This document shows, piece after piece, positions 26,736 through 34,976 of a DNA stretch of 64,000 nucleotides. Made by a program: the position numbers and the translations under genes. The notes under the pieces were generated by a model. It did no database searches, had not been told where the DNA came from, and was given only the letters and a program-made list of their open reading frames with translations. Each line of letters begins with the position of its first letter. Within the stretch, counting starts at the first letter, position 1. This DNA comes from Bacteroidales bacterium (GTDB lineage: Bacteria > Bacteroidota > Bacteroidia > Bacteroidales > JAEINX01). The DNA lies in contig JAEINX010000002.1 of NCBI GenBank assembly GCA_016342645.1, forward strand, positions 23,804 to 87,803, read 5' to 3'.

Positions 26736-29111
26736 TTATAAGCTAGTTAACATTTCTTTGGCATGTGAATTTTCAGGATTTAACCTGATCGATTTTTTAT
26801 AGTTTTTTCTCGCCAGTCTTTTTTCTCCATTGTTCATATAAGCCTCACCCAGACTATCATAAGCATTCCATGATTTAGGATACTCTTTTACATTTAGTTT
26901 AAATATTTCGATAGCATTAGAATTTTCTCCTGCTGTCAAATATTTATGTCCCAAATTATTAATTGATGTTTCAGTAAATAAAATATCATCACAAGGAATT
27001 TTTTTCAAATCATAATATTTTTTCAATCCTTCTTCTATTCCGAATTTTGCTATAATTTCATCGATAATTGTACTTGCAAGTTCTCCTTTAGGTAGATAAA
27101 TATTTTGGTAATATACAAGTTGATTCACTTCACCATTTTTGTCTTTTCCGAAAGAAATTTCATGCTTAGTAGTATTTATTCCCCATTTATCATTTTCAGA
27201 GTTTTGTTGTATTATTAAATCACTTTTCGTGAAAGGATCATTTATATAAAGATCTCCATTATCTTCCCAGACATTTATTTCTATGTTTGCCTGAGCGAAG
27301 AAATACTTTCCAATAAATGGTTTAAGTTTTTCCGAAACATTTTCAAGAATCGAGTCTTGTTCTGCTTTTTTCGGAACAGCTACCAACTGTTGCAGCCACA
27401 TAGCAGATACATCACCTGAAATATTTTCATCAAACCGAAAATTTATTTGCCTTGACATTTTGGGATAATATAATCCATTTTCATCAGCATCGTTTAAAGC
27501 TAATACCATTTCGTTCGGTAGTTTTACAGAAAGGCTTTTATTTTCAAAGAAGAGTTCAAAAACTCTACTATTTTCAATAAGAGTATATTTACCAACCAAA
27601 TCCATATACTTTTCAGGGATAGCATCTTCTTCTTTTGTTTCATCTCCAATTCTGTATTCATGAATTTTCATTTCTTTTGGATGAAATGTAGTAAATTTTC
27701 CTAACCTTATATGTCCTGCATCAACAAAATCGTACTCAAAAGTTGCTGCGTCAACTGCAATCCAGCCTGCATCTCCCATAAAAACTTCTGTCCAGACATG
27801 TTGGCAGAAACTTCCTCCATGGTAGGTTGTGTACATACATCCGGCTGACAAACGTGCCGGAATTTTCATTGCCCTGCAAAAAGCAACTAATAAACGGGAA
27901 TGAGAAGCACATTCTCCCTCTCTCGTATAATAAGTGTTGATTGCACTAGTTCCTCCGGGAATTGCACCTTTAACATTTTCTGCTACCCATTTGCACAAAC
28001 TTGTGGCTGCATCCCATGAATTAGTTGCATTCTTTGTAATATCTTTTGCTTCAGCAATCAAATCCGGGTGATCTGACTCAATTAATGTTTCGGGTTCAAT
28101 ATTTTTTTGCAATGAATCAGGAAGCGGATAATCAAAAGGAAAGCCAGGAGCATTTGTTCCATCGTAATGGACAGGTTCAATTTCAAAGACACCTTCTATC
28201 AAATTCTCAGTTACGGTACCGACAAATTTCTGTCCGGGAAAATTAAGGGATTCAACTGTAATCCATTCACCCTCACTTTGTATAATTGCTTCAGCATTCA
28301 AATATGTCAGGCCTTGAATGTTTGAAATAATTGTATCTACTTTTCCAAATAACAAATTATTATAATCAGCAATTTCAATGTTGTTTTTAACAGAAGCATC
28401 GGTAAGATAAATAGTTCTACCTGAAAATTCAAGCTTTAGAGGTAAACCGCTAAGGTTATCTAACCAGTATGTTTTCTTGCTTCCGGCAGTTTTGTCAAGC
28501 TCTTCAATCACAGTTGATGTATATATTTTATCAAGGAATTCAATTTCTTCTGTACGAATAAACTTATATTCCTTATCAAAAATTTCACCTTTCATATCAT
28601 CAAGCACTTTATAGGTTTTTTCCTTTTTATCACCTTTAATAAAGTCATTTACAATATGTTTTAATTCAATAGGAGATTCTAAAATTACACCCTCAGATAA
28701 ATCCAGTTCTTTGGTTTCATCGTCAATATTCGAAGTAAAAAAAGCTTTATCACCTTTTACTTCTGTTGTTGAATGAATTTTTATTGATCCGTTGGAAAAA
28801 TTGCGGTCGCAATAGAAATATTTGCCTGTTTCCGGATCAAATTTATAAATACTTGAAATTGAAATTTCAACATTTTGGCCTAAGATGGTTAATTTTTGAA
28901 TGATTTCATTATTTACCTGAAGCCAGTCTTTTCCATTTTCATTGATAAGTTTTTTTGAATATTCGTTATAGCCACAAATAACACCATCAATTTCAATTCC
29001 GTAATAGAGAGTTTCAACATCATTTTCTGATTGTTGACACATGCCTGAGTAACTCAAAAAAATTAGAGATACCAGCAAGACCCACTTGTAAGGTTTGTTT
29101 GTAGTTTTCAT
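26736..29111 (-). CDS. Exported transglutaminase-like cysteine protease-fold protein with C-terminal TPR repeats
   Basis: 791 aa with a signal peptide. The core is REGECASHSRLLVAFCRAMKIPARL...CQHVWTEVFMGDAGWIAVDA (Cys-His-Asp). The C-terminal TPR is ...AIEIFKLNVKEYPKSWNAYDSLGEAYMNNGEKRLARKNYKKSIRLNPEN. Confidence 0.75.
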   Translation of the reverse strand: MKTTNKPYKWVLLVSLIFLSYSGMCQQSENDVETLYYGIEIDGVICGYNEYSKKLINENGKDWLQVNNEIIQKLTILGQNVEISISSIYKFDPETGKYFYCDRNFSNGSIKIHSTTEVKGDKAFFTSNIDDETKELDLSEGVILESPIELKHIVNDFIKGDKKEKTYKVLDDMKGEIFDKEYKFIRTEEIEFLDKIYTSTVIEELDKTAGSKKTYWLDNLSGLPLKLEFSGRTIYLTDASVKNNIEIADYNNLLFGKVDTIISNIQGLTYLNAEAIIQSEGEWITVESLNFPGQKFVGTVTENLIEGVFEIEPVHYDGTNAPGFPFDYPLPDSLQKNIEPETLIESDHPDLIAEAKDITKNATNSWDAATSLCKWVAENVKGAIPGGTSAINTYYTREGECASHSRLLVAFCRAMKIPARLSAGCMYTTYHGGSFCQHVWTEVFMGDAGWIAVDAATFEYDFVDAGHIRLGKFTTFHPKEMKIHEYRIGDETKEEDAIPEKYMDLVGKYTLIENSRVFELFFENKSLSVKLPNEMVLALNDADENGLYYPKMSRQINFRFDENISGDVSAMWLQQLVAVPKKAEQDSILENVSEKLKPFIGKYFFAQANIEINVWEDNGDLYINDPFTKSDLIIQQNSENDKWGINTTKHEISFGKDKNGEVNQLVYYQNIYLPKGELASTIIDEIIAKFGIEEGLKKYYDLKKIPCDDILFTETSINNLGHKYLTAGENSNAIEIFKLNVKEYPKSWNAYDSLGEAYMNNGEKRLARKNYKKSIRLNPENSHAKEMLTSL

Positions 29112-29124
29112 GATTTAAATTATT

Positions 29125-29310
29125 TTAAAGTTTTTCAATTATAAGTAGAAAGTCAATTTTGCGCGTAACCCCATAAATTTGAAACAGGCTTGTATTTTTT
29201 ATGTTTGGGATTATTGATACTATTTCTCCTTTCAGACTATTTAAGAAATGTTCTAATCTGTTCTGCTCAATATTCATATTGATTTCAAAACGATGTACTT
29301 TGTATTTCAT
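29125..29310 (-). CDS. 61-aa conserved-looking hypothetical protein
   Basis: The ATG at 29310 gives MKYKVHRFEINMNIEQNRLEHFLNSLKGEIVSIIPNIKN... Its stop lies 13 nt before the start of the next gene in the operon. I recognise no family. Confidence 0.45.
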   Translation of the reverse strand: MKYKVHRFEINMNIEQNRLEHFLNSLKGEIVSIIPNIKNTSLFQIYGVTRKIDFLLIIEKL

Positions 29311-29399
29311 AATATTTGTTTTTTGATTTATAACTTTTGTTTTTTGATTAAAAAAATACAGCAAATGATATATGTTGTATTATTTATTAATTTTAATTA

Positions 29400-30227
29400 C
29401 TAATTATTTAATTCAAGATTAATCCTGTTTTCCTGGTTATTTATATAATAATTTAAAAAACGCTTAAAAACATCACTCATAGATTCACATAATTGATCAA
29501 AGGTGAGTTCAGCCTTATATCTTCTGTAATCTGTTTCTGAAAGATGAACAATTATTTTACCTTCATAATCAAAATATACATAACTTATTTCTGAAGGTTC
29601 ATTAATTGAAAGCGGACTTCTACGCATTGAAAATGTGAGATAAATACCATTTTCTTTGTAAATCGGAAAAGCAATTGTTTTTCCTGCTAAAAAGTTAGTA
29701 AAACCGATTAATTGTTCCTGAGAATATTCCGCAAACCCTGCTAAATATGGGCGGGATGTAAATCCATCGGTAACACTATAAACAGTACGTGCAGCCAATT
29801 TAAATAATCTTCTTGCTGATTTTTCAAGCCGAAATGCTTTATCTAAAACCGGGGAGGTAACAGCCATCAAAATAAATAAAACAACGGCATTTAAAGCCCA
29901 TGTTAACAAGGAAAAAGGATTGTTTTCAGGATTAATTGAAATGTCAATTCCCAATAATTGAAGCATATAAATATTAGCTTCAAAATGAGAAGCCAGAAAA
30001 TAATGCCAGACTGTTAATCCAATAAGACAAACTATTAGAGCCGGTTGAAAGAGTTTATAGCGTACAGAATACATTATTCCAACCAGGATCAAAACTAAAC
30101 CATAAAGCCATGATGAATAATAAGTTCCAAAAGCTTGGTCTTCTATTATCAACAACAGGAAAAACATAATTGCTGGTATCCAGAAATTCCAGTTAATTTG
30201 AAGTTTCATTGAAGAGTTGTTTGTCAT
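29400..30227 (-). CDS. Uncharacterized membrane protein, paralog 1 (same family as 21098..21922)
   Basis: 275 aa with a multi-TM N-half. The C-domain FTSRPYLAGFAEYSQEQLIGFTNFL...YVYFDYEGKIIVHLSETDYRRYKAELTFDQLCESMSDVFKRF aligns with the other copy. Confidence 0.7.
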   Translation of the reverse strand: MTNNSSMKLQINWNFWIPAIMFFLLLIIEDQAFGTYYSSWLYGLVLILVGIMYSVRYKLFQPALIVCLIGLTVWHYFLASHFEANIYMLQLLGIDISINPENNPFSLLTWALNAVVLFILMAVTSPVLDKAFRLEKSARRLFKLAARTVYSVTDGFTSRPYLAGFAEYSQEQLIGFTNFLAGKTIAFPIYKENGIYLTFSMRRSPLSINEPSEISYVYFDYEGKIIVHLSETDYRRYKAELTFDQLCESMSDVFKRFLNYYINNQENRINLELNN

Positions 30228-30272
30228 ATTTTTTTTCTTAATTAGTTTCAGTAAATGGATTTAAATCAATTA

Positions 30273-31586
30273 TTATCCTCTTGTTGCCCATTTTATTAGA
30301 TTCATAAATTTTGGAGGAGTTCCCTGCATTAAAATACAGGTTCTGAAAATCCTTCCGCTGACCCACACAATAAAAGCAGTAAACAGAACAACTCCAATCA
30401 AACCGACTATTGGTTGCCAAACCGGAATAGTAACTGGTGTAGCCATTCTAACTGTCATTAACATAGGTGTGAATGGTGGAATTAATGACATTGCAGTAGA
30501 AAATGCACCGAGAGGGGCTTTAAGCATTGGGAACATAACGAACATTGGAAGCAAAACCGGAAGCATTGCCGGAAACTGTAATGATTGTGCGTCTTTTGAG
30601 TTATCGCAAGCAGAGCCGAGAGCAGCCATTAATGAGCCTACCATAATAACATTAAGCAATAAAAAAGTAAAAAACCATGGTAATAAACCATAAGGAATTG
30701 AATCGGCGAAGCCTAATTGAGAAGCTGCAATTATTCCTCCAATTATATAAACACTTGATCCGATTATTGAAACAAGAATACTTCCAAGCAATTTGCTCAT
30801 CATAAACTGAAATGGTGTTACCGAGCCAAGAATTACTTCGGCAATTCTCTCTGTTTTTTCTTCCATTACAGAACTGAGTAAAGGAACTGTAAACATCATT
30901 ACCATCATAAACATAATCATCATTAAAATATATGGCACTGCAACAGCTTCACCAATATTACTTTTTTTAGCATCTTTCACGCTACCCGTATCCTCATTAA
31001 CACTAAGCAATCCCATTCCCTCGACTTCAATCCAATAAAAAAGATCTTCGGATTGTTCGGGGGCAATATTCAGGTCTGTAACTCTAAGTTTTCTGACTTG
31101 GTTATTAATTACTCTTGAAATCCAGTTACGAATATCGTCCATCATTGAGTTTTCGGAATAATAAAACATTCGATATTTATCCCGATCTTCTCCCGGGTGA
31201 AGAATTTCCGGCCCTATTTCTACAAAGGCATGTAATTCTTTGTTTCTGACTCTTTGAGAAAGATCGAGCTTTTGTTGTTCGGGATCAGATAGTTCTGGCT
31301 CAATTATCTCAAGATTATATGCAGGCCTGATTTTTTCATTAGTTTTCGGATCAAAAATTTCATTATTTCTTTCCTCAGAAACTTTCATCAGAGGTTCGGC
31401 CATTATTCCCGAATGATCTATCACAACGATGTTTTTATCAACAATATCAACCTTGTCTTCAAACAATTTTATTACTAAAAAACTACCACCCATAAAAATC
31501 GGGGCAATTATTAATCCGATTAGGAAACTTTTTGTGCGAACTGCTGTCAGAAATTCACGTTTTGTAAGAATAAATATTTTACGCAT
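30273..31586 (-). CDS. ABC-2 type transporter permease (NatB-like: N-terminal TM, large extracytoplasmic domain, 5-6 C-terminal TMs)
   Basis: The start ATG at 31586 overlaps the upstream ATPase stop by 8 nt (ATGCGTAA). Begins MRKIFILTKREFLTAVRTKSFLIGLIIAPIF. The C-terminus is hydrophobic. Confidence 0.75.
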   Translation of the reverse strand: MRKIFILTKREFLTAVRTKSFLIGLIIAPIFMGGSFLVIKLFEDKVDIVDKNIVVIDHSGIMAEPLMKVSEERNNEIFDPKTNEKIRPAYNLEIIEPELSDPEQQKLDLSQRVRNKELHAFVEIGPEILHPGEDRDKYRMFYYSENSMMDDIRNWISRVINNQVRKLRVTDLNIAPEQSEDLFYWIEVEGMGLLSVNEDTGSVKDAKKSNIGEAVAVPYILMMIMFMMVMMFTVPLLSSVMEEKTERIAEVILGSVTPFQFMMSKLLGSILVSIIGSSVYIIGGIIAASQLGFADSIPYGLLPWFFTFLLLNVIMVGSLMAALGSACDNSKDAQSLQFPAMLPVLLPMFVMFPMLKAPLGAFSTAMSLIPPFTPMLMTVRMATPVTIPVWQPIVGLIGVVLFTAFIVWVSGRIFRTCILMQGTPPKFMNLIKWATRG

Positions 31587-32490
31587 TTTGTACCTCCTTT
31601 TCTTCAGGACTTGCAATCCTGATAAAAATATCATTTAACGATGGTTTTGTTGTTTCAAATTTCGACACTCTTGTTTTCGATAAAATTGCTTTAATCATAT
31701 CTTGAGTATCAATTTCTTTAGCGACACGAATTTCCTGCATTTGTCCGAAATCGGTGATCTTTTCAATTCCCGGAATTTCTTTTAAAGCCTTACTTCCGTT
31801 TTCAATTTGAATTCGAATTGTGTCAGTCCCGAATTTATCCTGAATTGAAGTTAAAGTGCCATCCAAAACTTTTTTTCCATTGTAGATCATGAAAATAAAA
31901 TCACACATTTTTTCGGCAACATTCATATCATGGGTGCTAAAAATTACTGTTGCTCCATTTGCCTGCAATTCCAAAATTGTGGTTCTTAAAATTTCTGAAT
32001 TTACCGGATCAAGGCCGCTAAACGGTTCATCAAGAATTATAATTTCAGGCTTGTCGATAATTGTAGCAATAAACTGTATTTTTTGGCTCATCCCTTTGCT
32101 GAGTGCCTGGACTTTTTTATTGGCCCAGTCTGAGAGATCAAATTTTTTCAACCAATAATCAATTTCTGAATTAATATTTTTAGTGTTTTTCAACTCAGCA
32201 TGGAATCTTAGAATTTCTTTTACTTTCATTTTTTTATATAAGCCTCTTTCCTCGGGTAGGTAACCGACATTATCAAGTCTGCTACCCAAGTGCTCGTTTC
32301 CGAAAAGCTTAATAATTCCACTATCCGGATATAGAATATTCATTATCATTCGGATACTGGTTGTTTTACCCGAACCGTTCGGGCCAATGAAACCATAAAT
32401 GCTTCCTTTGGGTACTTTCAACGACAAATCATCAACAGCCTTGTGTTTGCCGAAAGTTTTGGTGATGTTTTCAAGTTCGATTGTGTACAT
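31579..32490 (-). CDS. ABC transporter ATP-binding protein (NatA/ABC-2 subfamily)
   Basis: Walker A GPNGSGKTT, signature LSKGMSQK, Walker B IIILDEP, H-loop STH. Confidence 0.9.
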   Translation of the reverse strand: MYTIELENITKTFGKHKAVDDLSLKVPKGSIYGFIGPNGSGKTTSIRMIMNILYPDSGIIKLFGNEHLGSRLDNVGYLPEERGLYKKMKVKEILRFHAELKNTKNINSEIDYWLKKFDLSDWANKKVQALSKGMSQKIQFIATIIDKPEIIILDEPFSGLDPVNSEILRTTILELQANGATVIFSTHDMNVAEKMCDFIFMIYNGKKVLDGTLTSIQDKFGTDTIRIQIENGSKALKEIPGIEKITDFGQMQEIRVAKEIDTQDMIKAILSKTRVSKFETTKPSLNDIFIRIASPEEKEVQNA

Positions 32491-32564
32491 TTTACTTGTG
32501 TTTGGTTTGTTATTTTATAATCTTTATTTGAGTCTTTTATATACTTCATATTTTATGAACTATG

Positions 32565-32572
32565 CAAATATA
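32565..32572 (-). promoter_or_regulatory. -7 promoter box TATATTTG, the only obvious promoter ahead of the 11-gene operon
   Basis: The plus strand reads caaatata. It sits 75 nt upstream of the ATG at 32490. Confidence 0.4.
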
Positions 32573-32930
32573 GAAACAAACACCCCCCTTTGTCAAGTCT
32601 TTTTTGAAATTTATAATGATTCTAAATAAGCTTTATTGTAGAAAAACGATTTTAATTCACAATCCCTTAAGCGAATCCGGAGAAAATTTTAAGGGTTTTT
32701 TATTGTCAAAAAAACAGTCTATACATTAAATCTGAATGTATATTGAATTAAAAAAACTTAAAAATTCATCGTTGGCAATTTTTAGGAGCAATAAACCTTG
32801 CCGAAAAAAATAAATGTTTGGTTTTTTAGCTTTATGGGTTGAGTGAGGAAGGAATTGGGATTGTTGAAAATGGTAGATAATTTTGCAAATAAATAAAAAT
32901 AGCGTACTTTTGATAAAAAATTATTTAAAG

Positions 32931-33158
32931 ATGAAAACTTTAACTTTAAATATACCAGATAAATTAGACCTTAATTTAAGAGAAACATCTAAATTTCTTG
33001 CAGCAAAACTTTATGAATCAGGAAAATTATCATTAGGACAGTCTGCTGAATTAGCCGGATTATCAAAAGTTGCATTCTCAGAAATTCTCTCTGACTATGA
33101 TGTATCACTGTTTAATTATCCTCCTTCTGATATAATTCGTGATGAAGCTCAACTATAA
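32931..33158 (+). CDS. UPF0175-family antitoxin-like protein
   Basis: The ATG at 32931 is preceded by TACTTTTG at 32905-32912. The segment LRETSKFLAAKLYESGKLSLGQSAELAGLSKVAFSEILSDYDVSLFNY is typical of UPF0175 (partner of DUF3368 PIN-like toxins). Confidence 0.7.
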   Translation: MKTLTLNIPDKLDLNLRETSKFLAAKLYESGKLSLGQSAELAGLSKVAFSEILSDYDVSLFNYPPSDIIRDEAQL

Positions 33159-33254
33159 AATAGTTATATCAGATACATTTGTTTGATTCTTCTCAGTAAA
33201 ATAAATGAATTAGATTTATTTGAGATTGTTTTACGAGAAGCAAAAGAAATATAA
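33142..33254 (+). pseudogene. Truncated, frameshifted DUF3368 (PIN-like) toxin remnant
   Basis: An ATG overlapping the antitoxin 3' end gives MKLNYKIVISDTFV* (TGA). After a 1-nt shift the reading continues LILLSKINELDLFEIVLREAKEI*. Together this resembles the N-terminal 40 aa of DUF3368 toxins (..VvsDtsPLi.L.ki..ldLL..l.). The rest is missing. Confidence 0.55.
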
Positions 33255-33338
33255 TACAATGTCTTACAAAAGTATTCCATGAGACTTGGATAAAATCAAC
33301 TGATCGAAAACACTTTACATTTAAACAATCCACAAAAA

Positions 33339-33695
33339 ATGATTCTTAAAACCAAATCAGTAGAAATTTCCGATGAAGCTTTAGGTTGTCAAATAGTATT
33401 TTCTGATACTGAACCTCAATTTGATAATGATGATGAAAAATATATTTTGATTCAAAGATTCTTTGATGATGATATAGACGAAGCGGAAAATTATTGCTAT
33501 ATCGAATCGCATGAAAAAAATATTGGCGGTCATTACGAAAAACTGGAAGCAACCTTAAAAAGAGATTATTTAGAATTAAAATTGAAGAAAAGAATTGTAA
33601 AAATATATTTTGAAATTGAAGAAAAACAATTCAATGAATTGAAATCTGTTTTGAAAATAATTTTATACGATGTGGGGAAAATAGAATTGGATTAA
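33339..33695 (+). CDS. Hypothetical acidic 118-aa protein, possibly a polymorphic-toxin immunity protein (Imm10-like, from memory)
   Basis: The pattern EKYILIQRFFDDD...ENYCYIESHEKNIGGHYEKLEATLKRDYLELKL recalls Imm10-type proteins. No toxin gene is adjacent. Confidence 0.35.
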   Translation: MILKTKSVEISDEALGCQIVFSDTEPQFDNDDEKYILIQRFFDDDIDEAENYCYIESHEKNIGGHYEKLEATLKRDYLELKLKKRIVKIYFEIEEKQFNELKSVLKIILYDVGKIELD

Positions 33696-33762
33696 AATAA
33701 TCGGGATTCAGGGTTTATTTCTTAATTATTAGAGAAAAAATTGTGAAAGAATAATTCATTAA

Positions 33763-33796
33763 TTTTGAGGTCACAAATTGTGACCTCAAAAATTTT
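33763..33796. terminator. Bidirectional intrinsic terminator between convergent genes
   Basis: Sequence TTTTGAGGTCAC-AAATT-GTGACCTCAAAAATTTT: a perfect 8-bp GC-containing stem flanked by T/A runs on both strands. Confidence 0.7.
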
Positions 33797-33841
33797 CAGA
33801 TATGCAAAAATCAACCAACAGGAATTCAATTATAACCCTTT

Positions 33842-34789
33842 CTACACTCTAATTTCTGCACTTTCAAGAAATTCATTTGTAATATCCGTAAACCGTTCAA
33901 TGTCCTGAATATATTTCAAAGTATTAAAAATCTCATCCCCATCAACAAACATCCGTTTAAAATAAACCCAATATTCTTTCATTTTATTTAAAACATGTTT
34001 ATCGGCAGTTTTTGTTTTTTTTAGTTCTTCAAAAAGTGCGTTAATAAAATCTGAGAAGATTATAAGTTTTTCGGTTTTTGAATAATTTTTCTTTTGGAGA
34101 ATTTCGTTTGGTAGAAATAAATTCGACAACAATCCTCGCCCCAGCATCCAATCCTTAATTGATGGAAATCGGCTTTTCAATTCATTATAAAAATTAAAAT
34201 CAATAATATCGCCACTAAAAACTATTTTATGATTGGATATTTTAATGCACTCGCAAAATGCTTCAAGGTCAAGTTCACCTTCATACATTTGCAACCCGAT
34301 TCGTGGATGGATATTTAGAAATTCAAGGGGGATACTATTCAAAATAGGAATAATATTTAATAATTCCTTATTATTCAAATAACCTAATCTGGCTTTGATT
34401 GAAAGTTTATTTGGAATTTTAGGAAGCACCTCGTTTAAAGTTTTTTCAATAAGTTCAAGATGTGAAAGCATTCCCGAGCCGCGTTTTTTTCGGGCAATTG
34501 AAGGTACCGGACAACCAAGATTCCAGTTTAAAGATTCATAACCCAAATCATATAAATCATTTGCCATTACTATAAATTGATCAGGCAAATAACCAAGTAC
34601 TTGTGGTATTACTTTAATCCCTGAATTATTTTCAGGCAAAACATCTTTCAAATGTGATCGTTTCACATGTTTCCCTTCAACAAGGGTCACAAAAGGACTT
34701 ATCGCCACATCAATGCCTTCAAAAAAGTTATTGTAAACATTCCTGAAAATGTAATCGGTATATCCTTGTAAAGGTGCAAGATAAAGCAT
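33842..34789 (-). CDS. tRNA-dihydrouridine synthase family (Dus-like TIM barrel) protein
   Basis: MLYLAPLQGYTDYIFRNVY..., plus NLGCPVPSIARKKRGSGML with the catalytic Cys region. Confidence 0.7.
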   Translation of the reverse strand: MLYLAPLQGYTDYIFRNVYNNFFEGIDVAISPFVTLVEGKHVKRSHLKDVLPENNSGIKVIPQVLGYLPDQFIVMANDLYDLGYESLNWNLGCPVPSIARKKRGSGMLSHLELIEKTLNEVLPKIPNKLSIKARLGYLNNKELLNIIPILNSIPLEFLNIHPRIGLQMYEGELDLEAFCECIKISNHKIVFSGDIIDFNFYNELKSRFPSIKDWMLGRGLLSNLFLPNEILQKKNYSKTEKLIIFSDFINALFEELKKTKTADKHVLNKMKEYWVYFKRMFVDGDEIFNTLKYIQDIERFTDITNEFLESAEIRV

Positions 34790-34810
34790 TCGCTACGATT
34801 TTTTGGTTTG

Positions 34811-34818
34811 CAAAGATA
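34811..34818 (-). promoter_or_regulatory. -7 promoter box TATCTTTG for the dus-like gene
   Basis: The plus strand reads caaagata. It sits 22 nt upstream of the ATG at 34789. Confidence 0.45.
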
Positions 34819-34976
34819 AGCTTCTAAATTAATAATATTTATGATTTTTTGCATGGATTTTCCTTATTTGAATTAAACTGTAAAACTGAGAAAAAACAAA
34901 ATAATTAAACATATTTTGAAATGAATTTATATTATTGCAAAAAATAAGAACATTGGTGAAAATTAATTTTCAAGAA

